DNA of 64,000 bases from Octopus sinensis (taxonomy: Eukaryota): the NCBI RefSeq assembly GCF_006345805.1, contig NC_042997.1, positions 13,950,001-14,014,000 on the forward strand. The letters are read 5' to 3'. Of the stretch, positions 37,565 to 50,183 are shown piece after piece. A program made the position numbers and the translations under genes. The notes under the pieces are model-generated. The model was given only the letters and a program-made list of their open reading frames with translations. It had not been told where the DNA came from and made no database searches. Positions within the stretch are counted from its first letter, which is position 1, and the number at the start of each line of letters is the position of its first letter.

Positions 37565-38424
37565 ACGTTATATAATTAGGGCTCAGTGAAATAATTTACT
37601 TTACCACATACTGAAACTTTTAGAAATAGCAGCCAAAAAGTTTTTTTAGCCATTTCTACTACTATAAGAAAAGTCTCCCAGATAGGGTTTACTCAAAAAT
37701 AAATTTCTAAAAGTTTCAGTATGTGGTAAAGTAAATTATTTTACTGAGCTCAAATTATATAACGTAATATTTTGAATATACCTTGAATGGTCCTTTTACA
37801 TACTGAACACTACTTGGTGAATTAATTAATAATTAATTGATTTTACCCTTTTATTATTGATAATACAATTCTTTTCTCCCTGTTCTTTACTGCGGTTCTC
37901 ACCGTTATAATCTGTTTACTCTATAACTCACGTGGATGGAAGCAGGAAGATACGAATCTTCACTCGTACTTTTTGAATTGTTGGCACTGCAGTTTGGAGA
38001 TGGTTTGTCTGAGGTGATTCATATCAGACGGGTATTTTCAATTTTTTAGTGCTTTCAAATCCAAATTAAGAAATGTTGAGCTGACGAAAGAAATGTCGAG
38101 TTTTAATTCTACTAATCTAGAAACGTTAACGTTCTCAAATGATCTTTGTACATGTGATATTTTGTTGTTTTTCCCTCCATATCTACGGGAATTATTTTTT
38201 GAGTAAACACTATTTGGGAGACTTTTCTTATAGTAGTAGAATGGCTAAAAAACTTTTTGGCTGCTATTTCTAAAAGTTTCAGTATGTGGTAAAGTAAATT
38301 ATTTTACTGAGCCCTAATTATATAACGTAATATTTTGAATATACCTTGAATGGTCCTTTTACATACTGAACATACCTGGTGAAATTAATTAATAATTAAT
38401 TGATTTTACCCTTTTATTATCGAT
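37565..38424 (+). mobile_element. Non-autonomous Penelope-like element: inverted plus direct terminal repeats and an internal hammerhead
   Basis: 37565-37702 is inverted to 38192-38328; 37703-37861 is direct to 38266-38424; hammerhead at 38076-38138; (TA)n flanks. Confidence 0.75.
38076..38138 (+). ncRNA. Type I hammerhead motif (weak stem II)
   Basis: Stem I ttgag/ctcaa (5 bp), CTGACGA 38081-38087, GAAA 38120-38123, palindromic stem III acgttaacgt, GUU triplet. Stem II only aga/tct. Confidence 0.6.
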
Positions 38425-38468
38425 ATGTATATATATATACATGCATATATACACATACACACACACAC

Positions 38469-38524
<56 letters not shown>

Positions 38525-38967
38525 ATATTCATTTTTCATGTGTTAATTGTCCCCGCATGTGTGTTTGTCCCCTCTATGTTGGCCCCTTTTGGTAAATAGA
38601 AATAAACATATATATGTACATGTATGTATGTGTGTATGTATGTATGTATGTATGTATGTATGTATGTATGTATGTATGTATGTATGAATGTATGTATGTA
38701 TGTATGTATGTATGTATGTATGTATGTATGTATCAACTATCACTGTATGCTTGCGCAAATTTTGTTTTACCCATATAGAAAAAAACAGGGATTAACAAGT
38801 CACGGTGTCGTAATACTTGTCACTCGAAATCCAGGATCTAGCAATTCCACTGCTGCTCTTGTTATTTCTATACTTTTTACCACAATTCGTTTTTACGAGA
38901 TGCTTACTCAAGACAAATACTACTGTTGTAGCTTTCATACAGTATATTCGTGTTAAGATACACAGAA

Positions 38968-39028
<61 letters not shown>

Positions 39029-39039
39029 ATATATATATA

Positions 39040-39070
<31 letters not shown>

Positions 39071-39229
39071 ATATATATATATATATATACACACATTCGT
39101 ACACATATACACATACACACACAAATATATATATATATATAATATATATATAATATATATATTTCTTTATTGCCCACAAGGGGCTAAACATAGAGGGGAC
39201 AAACAAGGACAATATATATATATATATAT

Positions 39230-40096
39230 AACGTTATATAATTAGGGCTCAGTGAAATAATTTACTTTACCACATACTGAAACTTTTAGAAATAGCAGCC
39301 AAAAAGTTTTTTTAGCCATTTCTACTACTATAAGAAAAGTCTCCCAGATAGGGTTTACTCAAAAATAAATTTCTAAAAGTTTCAGTATGTGGTAAAGTAA
39401 ATTATTTTACTGAGCTCAAATTATATAACGTAATATTTTGAATATACCTTGAATGGTCCTTTTACATACTGAACACTACTTGGTGAAATTAATTAATAAT
39501 TAATTGATTTTACCCTTTTATTATTGATAATACAATTCTTTTCTCCCTGTTCTTTACTGCGGTTCTCACCGTTATAATCTGTTTACTCTATAACTCACGT
39601 GGATGGAAGCAGGAAGAATACGAATCTTCACTCGTACTTTTTGAATTTGTTGGCACTGGCAGTTTGGAGATGGTTTGTCTGAGGTGATTCATATCAGACG
39701 GGTATTTTCAATTTTTTAGTGCTTTCAAATCCAAATTAAGAAATGTTGAGCTGACGAAAGAAATGTCGAGTTTTAATTCTACTAATCTAGAAACGTTAAC
39801 GTTCTCAAATGATCTTTGTACATGTGATATTTTGTTGTTTTTCCCTCCATATCTACGGGAATTATTTTTTGAGTAAACACTATCTGGGAGACTTTTCTTA
39901 TAGTAGTAGAAATGGCTAAAAAACTTTTTGGCTGCTATTTCTAAAAGTTTCAGTATGTGGTAAAGTAAATTATTTTACTGAGCCCTAATTATATAACGTA
40001 ATATTTTGAATATACCTTGAATGGTCCTTTTACATACTGAACACTACCTGGTGAAATTAATTAATAATTAATTGATTTTACCCTTTTATTATCGAT
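39230..40096 (+). mobile_element. Duplicate of the 37565-38424 element (hammerhead at 39746-39808)
   Basis: Part of the 1668-bp duplication. Confidence 0.7.
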
Positions 40097-40120
40097 ATGT
40101 ATATATATATACATGCATAT

Positions 40121-40190
<70 letters not shown>

Positions 40191-40684
40191 ATTCATTTTT
40201 CATGTGTTAATTGTCCCCGCATGTGTGTTTGTCCCCTCTATGTTGGCCCCTTTTGGTAAATAGAAATAAACATATATATGTACATGTATGTATGTGTGTA
40301 TGTATGTATGTATGTATGTATGTATGTATGTATGTATGTATGTATGTATGAATGTAGTATGTATGTATGTATGTATGTATGTATGATGTATGTATGTAGT
40401 ATCAACTATCACTGTATGCTTGTGCAAATTTTGTTTTACCCATATAGAAAAAAACAGGGATTAACAAGTCACCGGTGTCGTAATACTTGTCACTCGAAAT
40501 CCACGATCTAGCAATTCCACTGCTGCTCTTGTTATTTCTATACTTTTTACCACAATTCGTTTTTACGAGATGCTTACTCAAGACAAATACTACTGTTGTA
40601 GCTTTCATACAGTATATTCGTGTTAAGATACACAGAATGATTATATATATATATATTATATATATATATAATATATATATGTAT

Positions 40685-40717
<33 letters not shown>

Positions 40718-40748
40718 CACACATTCGTACACATATACACATACACAC

Positions 40749-40784
<36 letters not shown>

Positions 40785-42249
40785 TTATATATATATAAAT
40801 TATATATATATATATACGTATAAATATATATGCCTGATGAAAGACGAAAGATGGAATATACGAGAAGTTATTATTAATCACGACAATTGTTTCGACACAT
40901 CTAGCATCGATCGCTCATCGCTGGGACACTCAACAACTGGTTCAGGGGCGACTGGCGGTGCAGATGTATCTCGTCATGTGATAAATAGATACAACTCGGT
41001 AAAATATCAGATCTGCAATGTAACTTCTCATTTTGTAGAAAGAAAAGCAGCCAGGCGGAGGAAATGTTTTCATTTATATAAAAGATCAAAAGTAACATCA
41101 CAGATGGAAACAAAAGAAACGAACACGCAATCCAGCGAGAAAAATATATACAAATGTATGTATGTCTTTATTTTCTTTTTCCCTATTTTTCTTTGTTTAT
41201 TTCCCTAAGGACATTAATCAATTTTGCCAACAAATTCATACATATATTGCGTATCAATTGTCATTGTCTGTGTTGTTTCTTTCTATTTTTAATATATTTT
41301 CATGCATGCATTCACTGGCAGTTCTCCTTGTGTGTATATTCATCAACCGACCTACGTAGCATTCCTAATTCTCTTGGATAAATATTTCGAATTATTGTGG
41401 ATTTATGCGGGAGAAAGAACGCGGAAGAATTTTGGTAGGATATATCATATCACCTTTTGTGTATAACATATTTGCTCCTCAGCTTCCGATCCTTTTATTG
41501 AAGGAAGGATGTAAGAAAAGAGTGTGAAGAAACTAAAAGAAATTTTAATGTAAGTGCTTGGTTTTCAAAGATCAGGATACTTGGTTGCTTGTCCCGGTCA
41601 GTAGAATGTGTCCGTAAGATGGTTATGTTTAAAATATTGTAATTTAATTTAATCTATTTAATCATTTTTTTCCTCATGAAGATGAGACTCTTTCCTCCTC
41701 TTCAGGATGGACAGTATCTGTTTTTTGCTTGCTCATAAGCTGAAATTTTCTGCTGCTCTTAAAATAAGCTTTTTTTCCTTAGTAGCTCTGCTAGACATTT
41801 TATGTATTTGTTCCTTCAACTACCAACTATATTTTCATAATATAGTTGAGAAGCGTTTAATTCTGTATCTGAACGAATGGATGTGCAGTGTGCATCGTGC
41901 TTTAAATAAACTATCAGTGAACATACTTTCTCCGTGCCATGGCGGATGATGAGGAAAATACACATTGCTAATTCTTCTGCACCTTCTCCCCTCCACTGTG
42001 TGATTTAACTATATACAGATGAATTGGCTGCCTGCAAATGAGGATGAGAGCTAATGAAGTATTTGATTATGTAGGTACAGCCAAGGGCTGAGGTGGAAGC
42101 CAGTATATATCAGACTTTATTCCGTGGATCACTTTCACTTACACATGGACTGGTTTGATGCAGTTAATGAGGAAACATACTCCTCCCAACACACGATGTA
42201 ATAATATAACTATAATTAATATTTGATATTAGTTTCTAATTTTGACTCA

Positions 42250-42800
42250 AGGTCGGTGATTTCAGGAGAGAGGACTAGTCGATTACATCGAACCCAATGT
42301 TCTGCTGGTAGTTATTTTATCGACCCTGAAAAGGTGAAAGGCAAAGTCAGTCTCAGCGGAATTTCAATGAACATTTAATATTAAATTCAAAAACGAATAT
42401 TCAATTAATGTTTAATCAACTTCAGTTTTAAGCCCATACCATAAAATTCGTTTAACTCACTGCACAGACACGTTAATGAGCTTATTCTTCAATTCTACCT
42501 AACCAACCAATTCTCACCAAGAATATTTGTGTAAGGACTTAAGCTTATGACATACGTGTATCACGTATATCGGAACTTTAGCAGTTATAAATTAACACTT
42601 GACCACAGATTCTTTATCTTAACTATGTACCATGTAATATTCTGTATCACGTAATATCGGTTTCAAAGTTTGGCACAAGGCCAACAAGTACGGAGAAGAA
42701 GGAAAGTCGATTACATCGACCGCAGTGCTCGACTGGTAGTTATTTTATCGACCCTGAAAGCATGAAAGGTAAAGTTGAACTCGCTAAGCATCTTGCCTTA
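42250..42800 (+). mobile_element. Two decayed SINE family B core fragments (about 42250-42360 and 42670-42800)
   Basis: gtcgattacatcga..ggtagttattttatcgaccctgaaa..gaaagg motifs; this is the reverse-complement reading of the family B core, so orientation may be minus. Confidence 0.55.
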
Positions 42801-42921
42801 CGTACTGTGTATAACGTAATATTATGTAACTTTTATCTATGATGACCTATTACTTCCGACTGCGGCTAGTTTTGCCTTGGTATATTCCTATCACATGCTG
42901 CCTTAATATATTTGTTACCTA

Positions 42922-43298
42922 AGGCGGTGAGCTTGCAGAAATGTTAGCACGCCGGGCGAAATGCTTAGCGGTATTTCGTCTGTCGCTACGTTCTGAGTTC
43001 AAATTCCGCCGAGGTCGACTTTGCCTTTCATCCTTTCGGGGTCGATTAAATAAGTACCAGTTGCGCACTGGAGTCGATATAATCGACTTAATCCGTTTGT
43101 CTGTCCTTGTTTGTTCTCTTAAAAGAAATAGGTATTTCGTTTGAATTTACGTTCTGGGTTCAAATTCCGCCAAGGTCGACTTTGCTTTTCATCCTTTCGG
43201 GGTCGATAAATTAAGTACCAGTAGTGTACTGGGTCGATCTAATCGACTAGCCCCCTTCCCAAAAGTCTTGGGCCTTGTGCCTAGTGTAGAAAAGAATT
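42922..43298 (+). mobile_element. SINE family B dimer (tail 1 then tail 2)
   Basis: Junction aaagaaata|ggtatttcg at about 43122-43139. The second unit ends gccttgtgcctagtgtagaaaagaatt. Confidence 0.85.
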
Positions 43299-43606
43299 TA
43301 TTTGTCACCTCATCTCGTATATGTTCTTAAACTATCTATCATCAACCAATTATTTACCTATTTAGTTTATTTATCCAGTGAATTAATTAATCATCATTTT
43401 AATCAATTGTTTATTGAATTACTTTTCGTTATAATAATTATTTATTGAATGAATTTATGCTATAATCACTGTTCTTAAACAGTCAACCACAATGATGCTC
43501 TTATTTCATAAAATTTTCACATATCTTGGGTATTTCCAACGCTGTTTATGTTATTCAGTGTCTTCCCACATCATCATATTCTATTTTTATTTATCTTATA
43601 ATAATA

Positions 43607-44010
43607 ATAATAATAATAATGAAATTATTGTATACAGTGCTCAGGTGCACCACAACTTGTCAGAAAGTGCATATAAAGCATATGCAGTAATGTACAAATG
43701 TCTGGAAAGTGAACAGTGTAAGAGTCAAATACATGCTTGCGTGTGTATGGAGGGGAGAAAATCAAGTGTAGTGTTGGCGAATCTCAGGAAGCATGGAAGT
43801 TTTGAAGGATGCAGTGCTCCGACAACTAACAACCGATGCCGGCAGTTTGTTCCATGCTTCAGCAACTCTCAGCGTGAAAAAAATTTTCCTGAAGTCATGG
43901 GAGCTGTGCTGTTTTCTTACTTTGTAAATATGTCCACAGGTGTTAGATGGGTGGAGTTTGAAGAGGTGCTCAGAGTTATTGTTATATACTTCCACATCAC
44001 ACATTCTATT
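43607..44010 (-). pseudogene. CR1-type LINE 3' end
   Basis: ORF 43762-44004: GHIYKVRKQ..RKIFFTLRVAEAWNKLPASVV..S..SFKT, the canonical CR1/L2-group C-terminus; UTR then (ATT)n. Confidence 0.85.
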
Positions 44011-44298
44011 TTCTATAATTACAATTACTGATTACTTTTAGTCAGCTTTCTTTCGCTGTAAATGTAGAGTATCACCTCAGACTCAGTCATTAAAATGTTT
44101 TCTAAAGAAGGAAAAAAAAGCAACTTCCGATCGGGAACAACGTAACTCATGTAGATGAGTACCTTTTATAGTGTATTCGAAAGCCATAAAACTCTACATC
44201 TGACACTGAGTGTTGGAGTATACGCTTCTTTGTACAATGCTTATGCTAAAAGACACATACATGCACAAACACAAACATGTGTATATGTATATATATAT

Positions 44299-44329
<31 letters not shown>

Positions 44330-44438
44330 TGATAGACATGGTAAGATAATAAAAGAATGAGACCTCGATATTATGTAAATAGAGTAATACATACATACAT
44401 ACCTGTATACACACAGAGAGACAGATAGATAGATATTC

Positions 44439-44963
<525 letters not shown>

Positions 44964-46889
44964 TTCGGTTTATGCTTATTTACTCCAAGTCTTCCACGTG
45001 TTTTTATGCTTTGTAATTTTGTTCATGTGACATCAAAATGAATGAATATTGTTAAGCGAGAAACCCTGAGTAAAGATGAAGTACATCATTGCTAAAATAA
45101 ATTCTAATACTCATAGTTTGTACATTCAAATGTCTATATATCTATGTATATAAGAGTTTGTGTATACGTGTGTGTGTGTGTGTGTGTTTGTTCGCGCGAG
45201 CACGTGCATGTGTGTTACTGTACATGCTACGTGAGAGACGGGGAAGTTATTGAAAGAAAAGGAAAATTAAAAATGGAGAATTGTGTTTAGCTTGATCAAC
45301 GACCCTTTCAGCTCTATGTGCAATATATGCTTTTCTATGCGCATTCGTTCTGGTGTATGTATGTCTGATGCAACGCATGGGCGTCTATGTGCCTTTCTCC
45401 TTTCATCACAATATCTCTATTAATTGTTTATTAGTTACGATTTCATAATAGCTCTAAACATCTCTGTTTCATTCCACCATCGCCCGTTCCGTTTAATAGT
45501 GCGCTCTTCTTGATCTTTCTAATGCTCTACTTCTTCTTTTTTTTTCCCACATTTTAATTCTGTTACACTCTTTTCTCTGTCTCCTTTCTATTTTATATTG
45601 CATTTCTTTGGGTTTTATTTTGTAATTTATTTTGCTATTTCTTTTTATCCTCTTCATATTCTTCGTCTTCGTTTCCCGTATTTTCAGACAGTGTTTTCTT
45701 GTATTCAATCATCTTTGTTATATCTAAATAAATGCGTGTATGTGTGTGTATGAAAGAGAGAAACAAGGAGACAGAGAGAGAGAGTGTGTGTGCTTGTGAG
45801 AGTGTGTTTGAGTGTGTATTCATATCCTTTTTTATTTGTCATTTCCAGGTGAGCTGGCGGGGTTTCATCGCTTCCGATTCTTCGACGATATAACGCCCGC
45901 AGGCAATTTGCTATCGTTAGCTTTCGGCTTTTAAAGGAAGCCACTTAACTATTACTTTTCTCCAGTGGCATTTATTGCAATGTTTCTTAACCATTTTGAC
46001 CATAAGTTTCTTTATCTAAATTACTTGCTGAATTATTTATTTACCAATTTAATGCTTTATATTTTGCTATATTTACTTTTTTGTTCTAATTTTTATTGAC
46101 TTATGTTATTATTTCGATTTGCATTTGTTTTGTTGTGTTTTGCTATTTTTTCTTCACTATTATTATTCTAGAGGAGTAATATCAGTTTTATAACGCCAGT
46201 GTATGCTTCTATGTGTGTTTGTGTGTGTGTGTGTGTGTGGTGTGTGTGTATGTCTGTGTGTCTGTCTGTGTCTTTGTATTCAAGAGACACAGACAGACGG
46301 GCAAAGAGAAAGAATGTGAGTGCATATATGTATATGTGCGTAAGTATGTATGCATGTATGTGTATGTGTGTACATATGTGTGTATATATATATGAGTGTT
46401 CATAAGCATGTGTATTGGTATGTGTGCTTGTGAGTCTGTATGCAAGTATGCAAAGGCGTAAAAATTTTAGTGTTTTTGTTCTTTTCTTAATATTTCATCG
46501 TTTTATTATATCCAGAAGGCAAAATCATTGAATTGTTATATCCCTAGCGCTATTCGTCTCCCCTTCTCAATCTTTATCATTGCTTTAATCATCATCATTT
46601 CCATCATTATAATCCCAAATTTCAGGATCAACTGCTGGTTATGAAAAGACCGGAAGTTTTTTCTCATTTGCTGTAAACTAATACTCGAAAACAGTGAAGT
46701 ATCTCTTGACCTTTTTATAGATATTTTTTCTGATCACTGTCTGCTTTCCCCCTATTGTATTACTGCTATTTGTTTACGAGTTCATTATTAGAGAAAATAA
46801 CATAATAAACTAATAAACTAACTCTAGAAAGTGTTATGAAATCATCTATAATTATTTAATGTTCTTAAAATAAAATACATTAGTACAGG

Positions 46890-47040
46890 AATAGCCGTAT
46901 GGTTAAGAAATTAGCTTTGCAATGAAGATGTTTCAAGTTCTATCCCACTGCATGGCACCTAGGGCAAAGGAGCTTCGGCTTTACCAAAGCCTTATGAGTG
47001 AAACATGTAAGAAAGAAATTGTGCGGAAGTTCAAAATATA
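46890..47040 (+). mobile_element. SINE family A, decayed 5' fragment
   Basis: cccactgcatggcacctagggcaa and accaaagccttatgagtg remnants. Confidence 0.5.
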
Positions 47041-47564
47041 AATGTGTGTGTGTGTCTTGGATGTGCATTCTCAGGTAGGCTGTGAGCAAGTAGTTATGGT
47101 AAATGCCAGTTGTTTCCTCTTGAAGCACCTGTGGTTTGTATGATTCTTTTATGCACATTTTACATCTGCCCATTATCGTGTTGTATGGGGAGGCCTCATC
47201 TATAATAGACCAAAATAATGTATAATTGACGTCCTGTGATTTTACGTCATGTATGTATCTAGCTAGTGCCGTTGAGTTTTTATATTTTATCTCACTGAAG
47301 GTGTTTAAGTGGGTCCTATATCGTCTCTTAAAATCTATAGTACTTCCTATGTATACTCTTATTTGATGGTTGTCATTTTGTCACACTGCATTTATGAAAT
47401 ATATTTTTTCGTAAATGAAATCCAGCAAGCGAAAATAAATTCTGGGACCCTACAATTACAAGTTTTTGTATTCATATCTTTAATTTTACTCGTATTTATT
47501 AAGGTTGTGACAGTTTGGTCTATTTTTAGTTGGGATTAATTGCATTTAGATTTAGATAGACTTC

Positions 47565-47945
47565 TGTGTAGTAAAAGCTTGCTTCACAACCTCATGGTTC
47601 CGGGTTCAGTCTCATTGCATGTCACCTTGAGTGTCTGCTTCTATAGCCTCAGGATGACCAAAGCCTTGTAAGCAGATTTGGAAGACGAAAACTGAAAGAA
47701 GCCTGTCGTATATATGTGTTTGTTTTTATGTACGTGTGTGCCTGTGTCTCTCCTCCTGCTATCGCTTGACAACCAATGTTAGTGTGTTTATGTCCTCGTA
47801 ACTGAGCGGTTCGGCAAAGAGACCAATAGAATAAGCACTAGGCTTACAAAGAATAAGCCCTGGGGTCGAGTTCTGCAACTAAAACCCTTTTAAGGCGGTG
47901 CTCCAGCATGTCCGCAGTCAAATTACTGAAACAAGCAAGAGAATA
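47565..47945 (+). mobile_element. SINE family A
   Basis: Diverged but near full-length. Confidence 0.8.
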
Positions 47946-47986
47946 AAAGAATATATGTATATACATACATGCATATATGCATATAA

Positions 47987-48022
<36 letters not shown>

Positions 48023-48027
48023 ATAAA

Positions 48028-48171
48028 AGGCCGCGAGCTGGCAGAAACGTTAGCACGCTGGGCGAAATGCGTAGCTGTATTTCGTCTGTCGTTACGTTCT
48101 GAGTTCAAATTCCGCCGAGGTCGACTTTGCCTTTCATCCTTTCGGGGTCGATAAATTAAGTACCAGTTACG
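48028..48171 (+). mobile_element. SINE family B, 3'-truncated
   Basis: Head and core only. Confidence 0.85.
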
Positions 48172-49728
48172 CCTTAATATATGTATATATGTATGTAAAC
48201 AAATAGATGCATACTTATATGTATATACGTACATACAATATACAAACACACACACACAAATATATATATATATATATATTATATAATACATTGCATTTAC
48301 AGAGAGGGTGAAAGAGAAAGAGAATGTACTCAGGTGACCTAAAAATGTTTTTGACAACCTAACAACATTTTATGTAGTTAACCTGGCATGTTGACAATAT
48401 TCCATTAGCAAAGAGAGGGAGAACGAAAGAGTGTGTGTGAAAGAGATAGAGACAGAGAGAGGACGAAAGAGAGTAACAGAGACAATGAATGATCAACGGA
48501 GAGAGAGGGGGAGAGAAGGGAGAGAGAGAGAGAACGAGGAGCAATAGCGTTAAATGTCTTGGATTATACCAAACTATAAATGTTGGTGAAAAAAATACAA
48601 ATGCACTGATGCCATTCATTGAAACATCTAAGAGAAAATATTCTTGTAGCATTTTCAGTCGAAGTTGTATGAAACGTCACAGGATATTATATTCGGTGTA
48701 TAGAACACTGCCAGGGGCTATTTTTGCCAGCAAAGTTGTAAACAATTAATCGAATCCATTATTAAGGGTCGGTGTCAGCGATTTTTCTGCCATGTCGTCT
48801 TTTCGGTTGCTGTTGTTGTTGTTGTTTCTTTTTTTTTTTTCTTGTTCTTTTTTCTATTTCAGCAGCACTTTTGAAATTTAACTAAATAGCGATGTCTAAG
48901 CTATAATCTCAACAAAGAAATTGATTTAAGAAAAAAAAAAAAAAATTGTTCAAACTGAAAACCGAAATCTGCATGACGTTATTCCTGGAATCAAATTACT
49001 GAAAGAAAAAAAAATGGACGGCTGAGGTTTCCTAGTTCATTTCAGTTTATTATGTTTTTATTTATTTTCATTATACATATATTTATACGTAAATTTGCTA
49101 TTTGTTGTTTTCTCTTAAAGAAATCATAATTTGCTTAAACTTTCTATAATAATATTTTAACCATTCTCTGCAGAAAAATTTTATTTTTGTTTGTTTCATA
49201 TTACACACACACACACGCATCTTTATTTTTATATTTTATTGTTGACAAAATAGTCTCCTGATATTTTTTAGTTCTATTTGTGATGTTTATATTCATATGA
49301 TTAGCTTTTTAGAATTTTCTAACAATCGGCACACTTCAATTAGTTTAAAAATGTGAAGTGACGTAATGGTAAATTTATCACTTAAACGTAATCTCCAGCC
49401 ACGTTTTGACCCCCAGCTTAAGTAACATCCTTTCCAAGTATTTGTTGACGTGCTTATAGCGAAATGATACCTTTTTGTCAACTGTTTCCATTTACTGTAA
49501 TATTCTCCAACCTGACAGTTACATTTCATTCATATTTAATGCTTCATAACTATTTTAGGCATGGCAGTATGGTTAAGAAATTTGCTTCGCAACTATGCGG
49601 GTTCAGTCCTACTGGGCAGCCTTTTGAGCAAACGTCTTCTATGATAACCCCGAGACGTCTAATGTATTGCGCAATTATCCTTCAACATTTTCGTCGGTTG
49701 TTTTGGAGTGTCTTCGTTATTCATCAAT

Positions 49729-50121
49729 TTACTCTTTTACTTCTTTCAGTCATGTGACTGCGGCCATGCTGGAGCACCGCCTTTAGTCGAGCAAATCGAC
49801 CCCAGGACTTATTCTTTGTAAGCCTAGTACTTATTCTATCGGTCTTTTTGCCAAACCACTAAGTTACGGGGACGTAAACACACCACCCGCGGTTGTCAAG
49901 CGATGCTGGGGGGGACAAACACAGACACACAAACATATACACACACATACATATATACGACGGGCTTCCTTCAGTTTCCGTCTACCAAATCCACTCACAA
50001 GGCTTTGGTCAGCCCGAGGCTATAGTAGAAGACACTTGCCCAATGTGCCATGCAGTGGGAATGAACCTAGATCCATGTGGTTGGTAAGCAAGCTACTTAC
50101 CACACAGCCACTCCTGCGCCT
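49729..50121 (-). mobile_element. SINE family A
   Basis: Full-length. Confidence 0.9.
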
Positions 50122-50183
50122 ATATTTGATAATTTGATAATATTTTGGAATAATAAATAGCTACACCTTATGATTAATAGCAA

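Larger units (their letters stand above)
37480..40790. repeat. Tandem duplication, period about 1668 bp (about 37480-39150 / 39150-40790)
   Basis: tgcccacaag at 37503 and 39171. Copies differ mainly by 1-bp indels and microsatellite lengths. Confidence 0.9.

Noticed and set aside
40830-40860. ctgatga-aagac-gaaa string
   Set aside because: No supporting helices.
40837-41208. 123-aa ORF (..SSLGHSTTGSGATGGAD..) in unique sequence
   Set aside because: No recognisable family and no convincing splice sites bracketing it; cannot be supported without RNA data.
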